Assembly (NCBI GenBank): GCA_905178155.1
Contig: CAJINV010000008.1
Span: forward strand, 2,591,896 to 2,655,895
Reading direction: 5' to 3'
Origin: Amoebophrya sp. A120
Taxonomy: Eukaryota > Protista > Dinoflagellata
Length of the DNA stretch: 64,000 nt
The notes beneath the pieces were generated by a model. That model ran no database searches. It worked only from the letters and a program-made list of their open reading frames with translations, and had not been told where the DNA came from. This document shows, one piece after another, positions 26,869 through 40,858 of the stretch. Position 1 is the first letter of the stretch; each line of letters opens with the position of its first letter. A program made the translations under genes and the position numbers.

Positions 26869-29866
26869 CTACACCGGCGAGGATACTTCTGGCTCCATCT
26901 GATAGAGCTCTTCTCCTTCCGTGTTCACCAATATCGGGCTGCTGGTTGGCATCCGTCGGTTGCTCTGCCCCCCGGCGCCGGCTCGCGAGCTCGCCTTCGC
27001 GGCGTGTTTGGCGTGATCCACGAAGCTCGAAAGCTCCCGGTTGGTGGTGGTGGTGGTTGTACCTGCCTCGTCTTGGAAAAAGGAGCTATGCATTGCAAAT
27101 ATGTCTGGGTCTGGAAAGCTGGAACTTGTGATGCTGACTTTGGACTCTAAAAAAATCTGTATTGCATGGCCAGCAAGAGGAGTCCAGTTTGTCGTACGCG
27201 GGGAGGGCATTTGTCATGCGGAATAGGCTGCAGGAAGCCTTCTAAAAATCTGTGATGCTACGTCATGCACTACAGGCGTTCTGGGTCATGGAAAATCTGC
27301 ATGACAAGTCTTGCAACCTTCCAGACCCAGACATACACATATTTGCAATTCATAGGAGCGGCCCTCAAACAACGTGTCCACTCCGTGTTCCCGCTCGTCC
27401 TGGCCACGGCCATCGTCGGCGAACGTACTGACCGGCTGGTACAGTACGTTGTCCGTCTTTTTGTCCTTCCCCGACGCCTTGACGTCCAGTTGGACAGCGG
27501 GGGCCAGCAGCAAGCAGCTCAGCCCGGCGAAGTTGAGGAGTATGCCGAGCACCGTCCCGAAGAAGCTGGCTCTGGTGAAAAACCGATACTCCTCGAAAAA
27601 GATCGCACCGTACAGAAACTGGCAAATCAGGCCCAGTCCGGTACTTAACGTCACGGTCGTCAGCGAGGAGAACCGCAGCATGGACAAATTCAGGAGCGAA
27701 ATGCTGCAAAACGCCATGCACAGGATGCCGAAAAGGATCAGAAGCAACGACGTCCGGCCGGCCGGGGACAAGAAGAGCCAGTGGACCAAGGTAAGCAGGA
27801 AAGAAGCCGAAGAAGATGTTGATGAACCACTGGTACCTGTAGTAGGGAAATAAATGATTCCATGGCTCCGCAGATTCGATTGCATCTCACCTCAACCTCA
27901 GGCACATGCTGATCATCCTCGCATACAATAAAAGTAAATCCTTTCTTGCAGCTACTGCAAGAACTCATCTATGAAAAAAGCCATACCTGAGCCCATCGAG
28001 GAATCTTCCGTGGTCCGTGTTGCTGCGCTGAGTTCGGTCGCGACGAGCGTCGATACCACTTTCGTTGAGGACACACTGATCGCGCCGAAGATACTGCTTA
28101 GCAGTATGAGCGCAAAAGGGCTGGAGGTGGCCGCGATTTTGCTGCTGTTCTTTCCAGGACTGCTAGCACCTCCGGACGGCGGATAGGCCAAAGGATCATC
28201 ATTTTTCGTGTCTGTGAATCCTGTCGACAAGAAAGCTCCACTCGTAGAAGCTCCTGCAACGGTGCTGTCCTTCGAGAAGGTTGCAGCAGCAGCTTCGGCG
28301 CTTTTTGTCCGCGATCTGGATGGTGCGCACAGTTGCCGCAAGATCGGCCTGCCGAGGATAATGGTAACAACCACCGTCCCGGCGAACAAAACGTGAAAAA
28401 GCGGGCGAGTCAGGAGGTAGTAAAAATGCTTTAGATCAAACACAACCTCCGTGTTGGCGTCCTCTTCCTCTTGCAGGCCATACTATCAAAAGGAAAAATC
28501 CCCCCTCCCCATATCGAAATGAAGTTTCTGATGCTGGATTTCCGTACACAAATCAGATTTGTCTTGCAGTGCAGGACTGCAGGCATATGTCAAGCCTCAG
28601 TCGAGAGGTTTTGAGGTAGGCGCCTAGCATGACAAACGTGTATGCCCTAAGCCCAACAGCATCACGAACCGCCTGCAAAAAGCGGAACGCTTTCTGGACT
28701 TGCCTTCTTGCAAGACAGACAGGATTTGAGGTCACAAATGCGCATCACAAATTGTCAGACGGATACGTTTTCGATATGGGGAGGGGGGATTTTTCCTTAC
28801 GATACATACAGCACCGACACAATGCACCCGGCGAAGATCAGCAGAACGCTGTAATAGTGAAACCTCTGCAGTTATCAGAAGGAAAAATGCCCCCACCCCC
28901 GAACTTGAAAGCATTTGTATTGCAAACCTTTCCAAATGAAACACTCGCCCTCTTGCACCTATCAGCATCACAGGTTTCCAATCGCGAATAGCGAAAATTT
29001 CTATTGCAAAAGACCCCAGCAAGAGCGGCGCTTGTCATGCAAGCGATGCGATACACGCCTAGAATCAGCATCAGAAAGATTCATACTCGTTTCATGCATG
29101 ACAAAAAGTTTTCATTTGGAAACTTCGCATCACAAATTTTTGCAATTTGAGGGGCGGAGGGCACTTTTCACTGTAATAGCAGTTGCTCACCTGGAGGTTG
29201 ATGTGAGTGTGACAATTGACAATTGTTTTTTGATCACATTAATGCGTTTTCTTGTTGTTGGTTGCTGCTTCTTATTCTTCCTGATTCCCAACACCACCAT
29301 GCATCCTCTTCTAGGCAACGACGATGTTGCGAAACGACTTTTCTTGCATTCCTTAGTACTCACACCAGGTGCCAAGCGACTACTTAAATGTTTTGCAACA
29401 TGTACCCAAACGAAGTTTTAGTCCTTACTTAACAGCAGCAAAATGTGGAAGTACAAGACGATATACCGAGCAGGCATGGTGTTAGGACACTGTTCGCGAC
29501 GAGAGCCGAGGGTGCGAGACAGCTTAGCACCGACTGCGGTGCCAAGGCCAATGCTGCAGGCATCAGCAACTGGCCGAGCAAAAAACAGGAGAACCCGAAG
29601 ACCCATAGCGGCTGCTGGTACACTGGCTTGGGCTTTGACGGCGACGTTGCAGCGCTGGTCGCGCCCGGACTCGTCGTGGTATTGGTAATGCCACCTGGTG
29701 CATAAAAAGTCGGAGCTTGTTTAGAAGAACTTTTTGGCGCAAACCCAGCCGCCTGCTTCTCCGCTCGTTCCGCTGAGACCTTCTGCAGAACCAGGCCAAG
29801 AGTGCAGACGAAGGCACTACCCTGTTGCAGAAGCACGCCATAAAGCGTGTTGGTCGTCGTCGCCAT
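26869..29866 (-). CDS. NIPA-family (DMT superfamily) magnesium transporter-like protein
   Basis: GLVLQK, YQQPLWVFG, ALALAPQSVLSCLAP, NSVLTPCLLGEQL and several TM segments; 3 introners and 2 GT-AG introns; start approximate. Confidence 0.8.
27087..27354. mobile_element. Inverted-repeat introner, family A
   Basis: TATGCATTGCAAATATGTCTGGGTCTGGAA / TTCCAGACCCAGACATACACATATTTGCAATTCATA; TSD GGAGC; join EGRSFFQDE. Confidence 0.9.
28484..28804. mobile_element. Inverted-repeat introner, family B
   Basis: TATCAAAAGGAAAAATCCCCCCTCCCCATATCGAAA / TTTCGATATGGGGAGGGGGGATTTTTCCTTACGATA; TSD CATAC; join VSVLYGLQEE. Confidence 0.92.
28873..29178. mobile_element. Introner, family B-like
   Basis: TATCAGAAGGAAAAATGCCCCCACCCC / GGGGCGGAGGGCACTTTTCACTGTAATA; TSD GCAGT; join LGEQLQRFHYY. 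Confidence 0.85.
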
Positions 29867-30416
29867 AAAGTGCTCCTGCTCTGGTCCTCTCTGCACGTTC
29901 CCTTCCGCTCCCTCGAGGTAATGAGCGTTCTGCTACAAGAACACCAACGAGATAGTGCCTCTGCAACCGCTACTATCACGGTAATGGCTAGGTTCTTGCC
30001 GCCTGCTTCTCACTCGCGTCCGTCGCCATAGTTTCTCTCTGAGATGGAAGTACAGCTGCCATTATACTGGTTTGGTGGTACCGGAAGTGTGAAGAGACTG
30101 TGATACGCTAAAATTTTTTCCGCCAAGACATCAGAGATAGCACTAAAGATCTCGATTGGACGATCAACACTCTAAAAATAGCTCAACTGAAGTATGTCGC
30201 TGCTACAAACATGGTTGCCGACGAAGTAGTTCGTTCCCTTCGCATTGCAGCCCAAGCCTGTTCGTGCCAGTGCAAAAGTGCTTGAGCTTTTGCGAAAGAT
30301 CCGATGCATTTGGCAAAGAATCTTCTCAGGAACAGCCTCGATCCAAAGGCAGGAGGACTTGAGCATTCTGCGTCGGTCTGTCATTTCCAATCTTCGCAGC
30401 TACAGCTAAGCATTTG

Positions 30417-32429
30417 TCATCTGTTATAGAGTTTGCCGAGGAGAACTTCAAAGTCACGAGCATCTTTTCTCATTTGGTCACGTTTCATCTTCAAAACTTC
30501 TTGCTCTTCCCTCTCAGGTCGTAACAGTTTTGGCTCATTTTGTCCGTCCACATCCTTGTCTAGCGCCTCGAGATTTTTTACCTCTACTTCATCATCTTCC
30601 TCATGATCAAGCGGTAGCTCCACGTCGTAGTTGTGGTCGTTATCGGTTCTACCCCCACGACCACCCGGACGGCTTTTTTTTCCACCCGCGCGCGTTTCTG
30701 GGACCTCGAACACCTGCACGAACCTGCCGTCGTCCGCCTCCAGCAACCCCTTGAATTTCCTCCACGCGAAGAAAAACGCTTTTTTTCCCGCTTAAAAACG
30801 CCCCCACAAGAATTCCAGAGCTCCTGCTGTAGTGGAGATTTTTTGCATGATCTACAACTGATACTGATTTGTATGAATGTGCCTGTATGCAAATCCGCAT
30901 CAGAAGAATTCCTCCTCCTGGTCGTGTTTTACTTTTAGTGTTTGTATGTAAGCAATGCTGCATAACAGGATGAGCAGATGGGTTGAAATGCGTCCGTCTT
31001 TGCTAACCACCTGCACAACAGCACAGATACAAACATGTCAACAGTCGGGACTCCCAACCCTGCAGGGTGTGTGTTGCAGAGTTGCTCTTGACAGGCTACG
31101 CCGGGGTGGGGATGTTTTCGTTGAGGATACCTTTCTATAGCTGCTCATGAGCACCTTCTTCACGATCCCGCCCAGCCTTTCCGTGGCCGCGCCCTTTTTG
31201 AATGAATAGAGCAGGAGATTCTTCAGCGCGTCTTGCTCGTTCTGCAGGTCTTCCGATGCTCTTTGTTGCTCCTGTCGCCGGATGAGCTCGCTCTTCTCTT
31301 TTGCGACGTCGCGCGTGCTCCTCAAATTCCCCTGCTCGATAAGGTCCAGGGCCTCAAAGTGCTGATAATCTTCCTGTTCCATGATCCCCGGCGCGGCCCC
31401 GCTCCTTGTTGCTGCACTCCGACCACCAGCAATGGCAGAAGTGCTGCTCGTGGTCGCAACACTATCCAACAAAAAACAAAAACGCTGCGCTTCAACATCG
31501 TAGGAATCATGCGGCTGCGAGCCTAAGTGTAATCTACTTGTGCAACTGCTACAGCCAGAACTACGCGAAAACGAACAACAAAACTCACATGCAAAAGCTG
31601 CCTCGTCCGGGACAGGGTCGATGAATGTCGTGCATACAAAAAGTGTTAACGTCTTCAACACAAAACGCAGTTTTCTACTACTTTCGCCCCCATACAACAT
31701 CGTCTTCGTTGTCCGTCTTACCAGCTGCAGCGCGTCCGGGACTGGGTCCAGGTAGCACTCCTGGCGCTCCTTGTCCGCTAAATTGGCCCACCCAACCAGG
31801 TTTCCCGCGGCCACATTCCCGCGTCGGCCACGGACCTCCAGCACTCTCACCGTCGCGTCCTGCGGAATGAAGCCAACCGTCACTCCGTCCTCGTACCGTG
31901 TGGACCGCACACGAATCCGGCACGTGGCGGTGAACAGCCTTTGCTTGGGCGCCGCAGAAGCTCCAGCAACCGCCCCATCGCGCCCAGCGTTGTCACGACG
32001 TCGTCGATGGCTATTGACGTCGTTCCGCGATGAAGCCTCGGTCGGTCCTCGGTCCTGCTGCTCCCCCTGCCGATGGAATAAATGCTCAGGATCTACTTTT
32101 TCCCTTGATGGCGCAGTGGAGGACGAAGACGGGCCGAAGGGCTGTGCTCCATTGTGCTGCGTATCATTATGATGGTGCTTTGTATTACCTTGATGAGAGA
32201 TTTTTGATTCGCTGTGGTTGTTTTTCTTTCTCGTCGCTGGTGGTCGTGCGGAAGGCCCTGTAAAACGATCTTTGCTGGTTGCAGCTCCGCCGACTTGCAC
32301 CCGCTGCTTCGCTGCGCCTTCCGCTCCGCCGGGTGGTGCATCGGGGCCTGCAGCACTGCCGTCCTGACCAGCGTCAGCCTGCTCGTCCGAACCATACAAC
32401 CACGAAAACATCTGGAGGACTTCTCGCAA
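30417..32429 (-). CDS. Hypothetical protein with a possible SH3b-like domain
   Basis: 463-aa ORF plus last exon 30417-30750, joined in frame by a GT-AG intron (YRK|GLLEADD); segment IRVRSTRYEDGVTVGFIPQDATVRVLEVRGRRGNV...VGWANL. Confidence 0.6.
30754..31129. mobile_element. Degenerate family-B-like introner with GT-AG boundaries
   Basis: Right end GGGGTGGGGATGTTTTCGTTGAGGATA, left end TTTCCTCCACG; flanks CCTTG/CCTTT. Confidence 0.5.
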
Positions 32430-33619
32430 ATGCGAATCGCTATCGCGCTGAGAAAGATCAAATAATTGCTATTGCACAACTTCCAGTTAATATACAAACG
32501 TACACATTTTTTGCCTGCGTAGTCGTGTTCCCTCGCACTCAAGAGCCCTCAGACAGGTGTTCATGGCGAGAGACTCCATGCTTTAGGTTGGCAACAATCC
32601 TGCGAAGCCGTTCCTCTCGGTCACTTTACTTACGGAGGAAGAAGATAAAGAACGACCGGAACACTGTCACGAGCGGCTCATCCGGAAGAAACGACGGGAC
32701 GCAAAAAGTGGGTCCACCCACTAGTAGTGGCGCCACTGCCGTGCAGTAAAGTGTAGTTTTTTCAAGCAGGGGACCACGGAATCCATACTACAGCCGTAGC
32801 TATTGTGCGGAAACACGAAGTCCTGGACAACTTTTTGTTCCTGCAGCCCATTTCCAACTTGGTAGTCGATTCGCGTTTCCTATTTCATCTTCCGCCCCGT
32901 CGTGTCTCTTCTTCAAATTGCGGCGCTATCTATCAGTAGAAAAGAAGCTGCGTCGGAAATTCGTCGCGTTCTCGATCTTTCGAGAGGGACACTACGAAAG
33001 TTGCTCGTCTGTACCAATTTTCTAGCTGCGGAAAAAGAAGACAGAAAAAACGCGAACCTACACAGTTGGATCTTTAGATTGAAGCCAATTTGTTCTCATG
33101 CACATGATCCGCAGCAGCGGCACGAGTTGTACTAGGCAGCAGGTCCTACTTCACCTATCGGGTCCATGTGCAATCTTACGTGCCTACAATCAGCTTCGGG
33201 TCGTCATAGAAATTGTTGTGCCCTGGTTCCTGACGAAATTGATTTAGCATAGCAGTTGACAGATTCTGCTCTTGTCTGATTAGTGTTAAAACGGATAAAA
33301 GTAGCGGTGATACTTTTGATGTCGCTGTAGATAAAATTAAAAAGGAATTCACGGGTAGAGCTTTCATATACCGAACTAAGATAACTTTGTAGCTACTACA
33401 GGGTACTTCTTCTGAGGAGCTGTAGCTATTGGAGCACTTGTAGCATCCCATTTTTGTGCGGTATGTGATGTTGACACCGCATCGAAACTCGTGACTTTGA
33501 CGCGTCTCGGAGGATTCTGCGTTCGGTCTCCTGATGTTGTTCTTCGGTAAAAGTAGTCGTGGTTTATTTTCGCAGGAGATGATGAAGTTGTTGTATTTAT
33601 TGACCAAGAAGCTCGTTGT

Positions 33620-34518
<899 letters not shown>

Positions 34519-35036
34519 CTTGGTTTTGTTGTTGGTGATCAAAAATCACACTAACTTTACCCTTCTACTCTTGCACGAGAAAAAAAAACCGTCTCCTATG
34601 TTGTTTTCAGTGGAAAGTGCTTGAGTCTTCTCTTGAAAGTTTTTGGTCAGCTTCTACTTCTTTGCGCACTAGTATGTTGAGACGGGTACCTATTTTTGAG
34701 CGACGTGTAGTGCCTCAGCAATGGCTTTGGTAGCGAAGATAGTTAGAGCATGTGCTGTAGAAGTCTGAAAAGCGAAAGCGGTTTATTACGCGAATGTTGT
34801 TGCCCTGGCGCCTTTTTTACGAGCTGCGTATCAATCGAATGCGCTTTTTAAAGAATGAATCACGCGCGCGCCTCTTGAGGTTCGCGACGGAAAGCCAGTT
34901 GTCACGTGCTGTAAGCAGTGTAGTACTTCCTGAAACATACTTGGTATTGCAGTTAAGTGCACATCTGAACCCTTCTTACATCATCTTCTAGCGGGAATCA
35001 AGATCAGCATCAACAGGGGAGGGAGACGTATTACAT

Positions 35037-35995
35037 CAAGGAGCAACTACCACGCCGACAATACGTAGAACAGGCTTTTTGCAATTGCAACAGCAGCTAG
35101 GGGAGTTTTACTTTTTTATTATCAGCATCGAGGCAGCTCTTATGACGATTTACAACAACCAGAATCCCGCTTGTTTCTTGTACGTAAAAACTGCCTGACG
35201 GAACGGCACTGACAATGTCGTGGATGATGTAGCTCAATTTTTTTCGACGTACGAATCTGTTCACCATTTTTTCGTATAAGTACGCTTAAGTATTCATCCT
35301 TTGTGCAATTCTCGACGAAAAAATCTGCCTCTGAAATGGCAGATCTTGGCGGCGTCTTTTGCGGGGCCCGAATGTGGGCCAAAATGAGGCCCATACCATG
35401 CGAATTTGCTGTTTTTTTTCGGACTGCTGCTTTTTGGGCGCCCCTTTTTGGGCGCCCGAAACCGCCAGAAACTAAGGCGGTGACCGTCTCAGAAGGGCGC
35501 CCCTTTTGCCGGCTCCCCTGCGTCGTTTTATCCAGTGCGAATCGATAGTTTTCGACCGGGCTTGTTTGACAGCAAAGCCCCGGCCGCTTGATAAATGGAA
35601 ATCTTTTATGTGCAAAAACACTTCCGGCCGCTTGAAAACTGCCGGTCATTTTGCAGGTGAGGTGTCAAAAAAACAGCTAGGATAGAACGTTCGTGACCTC
35701 ACTACATACAAGGAGCAACCAAAACGCCGACAATACGTAGAACAGGGTTTTTGCAGCAGAGGCTAAAGGAGTTGTTTTACTTCCTATGTATTATCAGCAT
35801 CGAGGCAGCTCTTCTGACGATTACAACAACCACAATCCCGCTTGTTTCTTGTACGTAAAAACGGCCTGATGTAGCACAAGAACGGTACTGACAATGCGGA
35901 TGTGCTAGCTCACTTTTTTCTCGACGATCAAATCCGTTCACCCGTTGTTCTTGTACGCTTATTCCTTTGGTGCGCAATTTTCGACGAAAAAATCT
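35037..35995. repeat. Pair of diverged ~290-bp direct repeats (35037-35326 and 35709-35995)
   Basis: Both copies share ACGCCGACAATACGTAGAACAGG, TTATCAGCATCGAGGCAGCTCTT, AATCCCGCTTGTTTCTTGTACGTAAAAAC and TCGACGAAAAAATCT. Confidence 0.85.
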
Positions 35996-36617
35996 TTCTG
36001 CTTCATGAATAGAGTGAGTTCGATTTGCAGGATACGGTGTCTGGAAGCAAAATCAGATACAGATGGTAATGGTCTTCGTCAAGTGGCCTCCTATCAAGCA
36101 AGAATATTTTTCAGTTTTACCGTCTCATCATGATGGTCGGGAACAGTAGTACTTGTTAGTTTGCTTCACACAACGAACGAGGTTTCTCTCTGCTCTATCG
36201 AGGAACAACAGTATTTCGCGACGAGTACTAGACGTTCACTTGCGTCTCGACAGAGATAGCACCCAGCAGCATAAAAATTGGCACAGGCCATTAGTTTCAG
36301 CCGTTCCGCTGGGCTGCTTTACGTTGATACAGTGCACTGCCTTCAGGTTGTTCTTACATTTGCTACTTTGAGCGTCCTGCCTAAACCTGCCTTTGTTCTC
36401 TTTGTTTTTCGTCCAGGTCCGGTTGCTAAAATGGTAAATAATCCTTTGTCCTTACTTTTCTTGCCGAGCAATAGCTACGCGCGGGAGGCACTCTGCCTTC
36501 AAACGACCAAAACGTGAATAAGTATATTATATCCAAAAGTCTTTTTCAAAAAAACAATTCCGCATACGCACAAGCAAAACTACGAACGGTATAACCACGA
36601 CAAGGAGGACGAAGTAA

Positions 36618-39600
36618 TCATCCCCCCGCTCCCGAAGGTCGGAAATAGTTCGTCGACGCCCCAGCCACACTGGTTCCGGCCTCGCTCGCAGAGCCGCCGG
36701 CTCCGCCGGTCCGCCTACCCGGTCGACTCCTTCCCCCGGTCCTGGACCCGAAGTTCCGCCGCGGCCGCTTCGTCGCGGTCTTGGGCTCGGTTTGCCGCAC
36801 CACGTGCAGCAGAATTCTCACGTTGCCGTCCATTGTCGTGGTCTTCAGATTCGCTCGGTTCAAAGGATTCTGGTCCCCGTCCGTATTCACGATGTACTGG
36901 GGACTCAGTAGCGTCAATATGCATTGAAAAAGCATAAGCATCGCGCTAAAAGTATAAATCGCATTTCCAAATTTTTTGAAGAACAAAAAATGGAAGTTGT
37001 CATTCTATGTCAGATAAAAAGTTAAATTTGTCACGCATGACTGCGATTCGTATTCGTATGCGCACGATATCTTTGCAGTGGATAGTCGGCGCCGCACCGC
37101 AAAAGTAATTGGTCAGTTGGTCCCGGATCGTGCCGCACGGAGCCCACATCTTTGCACTGATATCGTACTCGCCGGACTGTCATTTTTTTACGTACTTACA
37201 CTACTTTCTACAAACAACCTGATGCACCGCTCCCCCGTTTCTTCTGCTTGAACAAGTTTCAGTTTATCTGATCTACTTCTTCACATCCACAGCCGACAGT
37301 CTTTGATCGATACGAGAGTCCTCTGCAAAGAGATAGAGAAACTTTCGCTTTCCGGAATTTCATACATAGGTAGGAATATTGATGCGACCTCAAGTACAAG
37401 TACAACTCCAAGAAAGATCGATAAACATACAGATACGAGATATAATTTCCACTGAATAGTACCCTATCCGGAATATCCACGTAGCTGTAACCGAGAAACT
37501 GGTGCCTGTCCCAGCTGTCCTTTTTGTACACTTGCAGCAATAACCGCAGCGGCACAGGCGCCATAATGTCCTTCTCCCCCACTTTCTTTCTCCCGAAGTG
37601 GCACTCCAGTCCGTGGTTAAAAATTGCGGCCGTTTCCGTGCTGCCAATGCTGCTCCAAATGGTGCAGGCCCGTTTCCCCGCGTGGCCACCCGTGGAAAGG
37701 GATTCGTCGCTGCGGTACTTGAATTTAAATTGCTTGCTCTCGTGGAACTCGTACCTGAAAATGTTGGAAATTTGTGTAAAATTAAATGAATCCAATACAC
37801 TCACGGTGGGATGATGTTGATGACGCACGCGCCTACTACCCAGATACATCAACTTATCAGGCCTCACGAACGAGGACGACTCAGCATGACCGGCACGGCA
37901 ACCAAAACAACTCCATCTTGCACATCCGATAACTCAGAGGCCATAATATTGAAGTACATAGACGGAAAATGAAAGTGAGCGTGAGCCTGATAGTGCACAA
38001 ACATTACTCTAAGCAAAGGCCATGAAACTACTACTGAGTCTGAAACTATACATGACGTAATAGCAGTCTTGCGAACTGCTAAATTGTTGGCAGCTTTTGA
38101 GCAGACACCGCTCCTCCCACAAATCTACGTCGAGCGGAACCGACAGTGGGTTCACCGAACGAATCACGTAGTCCTCGTCGGGGTGCCCCTATGCAGTGAA
38201 AATGCGATGCCAAGGTCTAACAGAGCCCCTTCATCTCCATATTTTGATGCCAAGAACTTCTCCGGCTGGTGTACTACTTATTCTCGAATGGCTTACGCCC
38301 TCAGGGTGCACGTCCGGGCAGGCGTTACCAAATGCCCGTTTATTTCCCCGACCTGTTTTCAGCCGGTCTTAGATCTTTAGGGGACACAAGCGACGCCGCC
38401 CAAAGACAGCGAAATGCTGATCATACCAAGGCTTGTCAACGCTTCGTCAACAACCACCAGTATATTTTTTGCATGGGCACCAAAACAGTAGCTTGCCCCG
38501 TAAACAATCGTGCATGCAGCGCACTCTTCCAGACCGAGACATCAATGCGAAACCTGATAGCGCCTTCTTAGGTTCAAAACTCAAAATTTCCGCGAAAACC
38601 GACACCACCTCGTCTTCGTCCTGGTCCAGCGCAAAGCCCTCGAACCCATGACCCGCAAGGTTTTTCCGTAACGCGACGGCCTTCATGTCGATCTCCTGGA
38701 TGCGCTGCAGTGCCTTTTTTTTGCTGTCCGGGTCGAGCTATCAAATACAAATATAATCCCTGAGCGTCTGGAGTAGAGGTGCCAACTTGTGATGCTCTCT
38801 GCCAGTCAAATGAAAATCTGTCATGCGTGGGAAGCAAACGTTGTCCATCTTTGATCACTTTGAAACAGGATTTCTCATGATTGAGTTTGATGCTGATGCA
38901 ATACGGGCATTACAAAGCTCTCAGAAAACTTGTGATGCTAGGAACCGCACACCTTCTGGAGCTGGACGACCATGCAAAACCTGCATGACACCTTCCCTTC
39001 TGCATTTTTCCCGACCCAGGTTTATTTAATTTACAGCGGATACAGGCGGCTTCCCTGCAAGTTCCAACACGAACTCGTATCGCGTGCCGCCCGGCAGAGA
39101 GAAAACAATGCGGCTATCCCCGGGTTCCGGTGCCAGGTTCAACTCCTTGGTCTTCTTGCTCTGCCTATCCGACGGGGCTTCATCTGCGGATTGTTTGTTA
39201 TTCGGGTTTGGATGGATCCCTCGAGGAAATCAAATTGCATACAGATGGCGACTTCATCTTCGCCCTACTAACGAGAACGACCTCGACGGCAGCTTCACAG
39301 ATTGGATTTTTTGAAAAACCGCAAGCATGCTACAAGGATGACTCGTGCCGTTGTAGAGGTCGTACCAGAAGTTCTTGATAACACGGACAAAGATCATAAC
39401 TGTGAAGAACAAGGTCGTGTGCGTGGTGTGCCCGTACTCGTGATCGTGTCGAACTACACCACACAAAAAGAACAAGATCAAACAATAAATACAGAGTCGT
39501 GGCGTAATCTCCAAAGCCCCGCTCTCCGGTAGCGCAGCTAAACACGCAAGTTCCACCTCGTAGCGCTTCTCGTTTTCTTCGAGAGCAGCCATGATGTACA

Positions 39601-40858
39601 TCGCTTGCGGTGGCTGGTACCCAAGCGCCGTACTGAGTTTCGGCAGCTTCTGGCCAGCGGCGGGACCGCGCTTGAAAAGCTGTGAAAATGAATTTCGATA
39701 GGGGAAGTAGTCAAGTATTAGAAGTCATCATTATGTCTCAAACGTAAGTCAATTTGGAACCAACACCGAGTGACATCAAATGACAAAGGCACAGTGGTCA
39801 CCAAGACAACAAAATTAAAAGACTCTCGTACTAGGTCAAGCAACTTGTGTTCCTCGAGCGTTTTCGTCCTGATGTTAGGAAACTCGTCGGCAGCAACCTT
39901 GGTGAAAAGCACTTCTCCCGCTGCCAGCTTGCCGGAAGCGATTGTACCGCGTGTAAAACCGTCGCTGCTACATAGATATAGATACTGTATTTGTACGGGC
40001 GGTCGCTATACGTACTGTAGTTGTAGTAAGCAAGCATCGTATAGAATTTTCTCATGCGGATGCGTTGTGAATCGCAGCCGAAAATAGTGGTAGACGTCTT
40101 CATCTGTAAGCATCTTCATGCAGTTGTTTTTTACACGTGATACATTCCCTGCTGGATTTGTTTCACGTTTTCCGCGGAGAGGGCCAGAAACTTCTTCCCG
40201 TGGTGCGAAACGTGGTTCGGTGGATAGCTCTCCCGCAGCGCCTGCACCTCGTGCGCACCGTACACCTTCTCTTGCCACTGGAACTCGCGAACCATGGCAT
40301 TCTCGTCCGTTTGCGTCGCGCCGCCAGAGACTGCCAGGCCGCTGGTGTTCGTGGACAAAGGTATTAAAATGGGGCAAAAATAACCGCAACAATCAAGCCC
40401 TCGTGTTATGATGCTCGTGCTCCAACGAAAGGCGACGCAAAGAAAGTATTTGTTCATACCTACTTAAAAACATCACGCTGGTCTACTTTGATCAAGATCA
40501 TACTCAATGTAATCATTCGACTTTGCTTCGGTGGGTGGTGCAGGTGCATGTATACTAGTAACAAGAGAACTGTATAAAAAAAGTTCTGGCCCCTGTGCTT
40601 GTGTTGCGTGAACCTGCGCCGGCTACCATTCCTTACTGTGGCCGGAAATCCTCCTCCTCCTGTGCCATCCATTCCACCGAGCTGCCCATCCCCTGTTTCC
40701 TTGTTGCTCGTAAGTTTCCGAAGCGTGGCCCTCACCCGGAAACTGCTTTTATTTTCGTCCACGTACTGCACACTCGCTTCCGACCCGCGCAGTCCTGTGA
40801 GCGTCTCCGCATACGGCGGGCTTTCCTCGAACAGGGTCTGCGACAATCGGGCGCCCAT
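36618..40858 (-). CDS. MKS1: MKS1-like B9-domain ciliary transition-zone protein, multi-exon
   Basis: FRVRATLRK, REFQWQEKVY, MYIMAAL, LLLQVYKKDSWDRHQFLGYSYVDIP, LTNYFCGAAPTL, LNRANLKTTTMDGNVRI resemble MKS1 motifs. Confidence 0.75.
36918..37084. mobile_element. Degenerate introner
   Basis: TATGCATTGAAAA / CTTTGCAGTGGATA; TSD GTCAA/GTCGG; join FCGAAPTLLSPQY. Confidence 0.75.
38739..39042. mobile_element. Degenerate introner, family A-like
   Basis: TATCAAATACAAAT...GTCTGGAG / CCGACCCAGG...ATTTACAGCGGATA; TSD CGAGC/CAGGC; join AGKPPDPDSKKK. Confidence 0.75.

Noticed and set aside
38190-38479. Possible introner in the MKS1-like gene (left end TATGCAGTGAAAAT)
   Set aside because: The right end and TSD could not be fixed with confidence; an in-frame join needs an ad hoc boundary.
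39228-39498. Possible very old introner (flanks GAGGA/GTGGC, in-frame join EITPRGIHP)
   Set aside because: Ends are AATC/AGTC rather than TAT/ATA and no clear TIR remains; plausible but not supportable as a feature.
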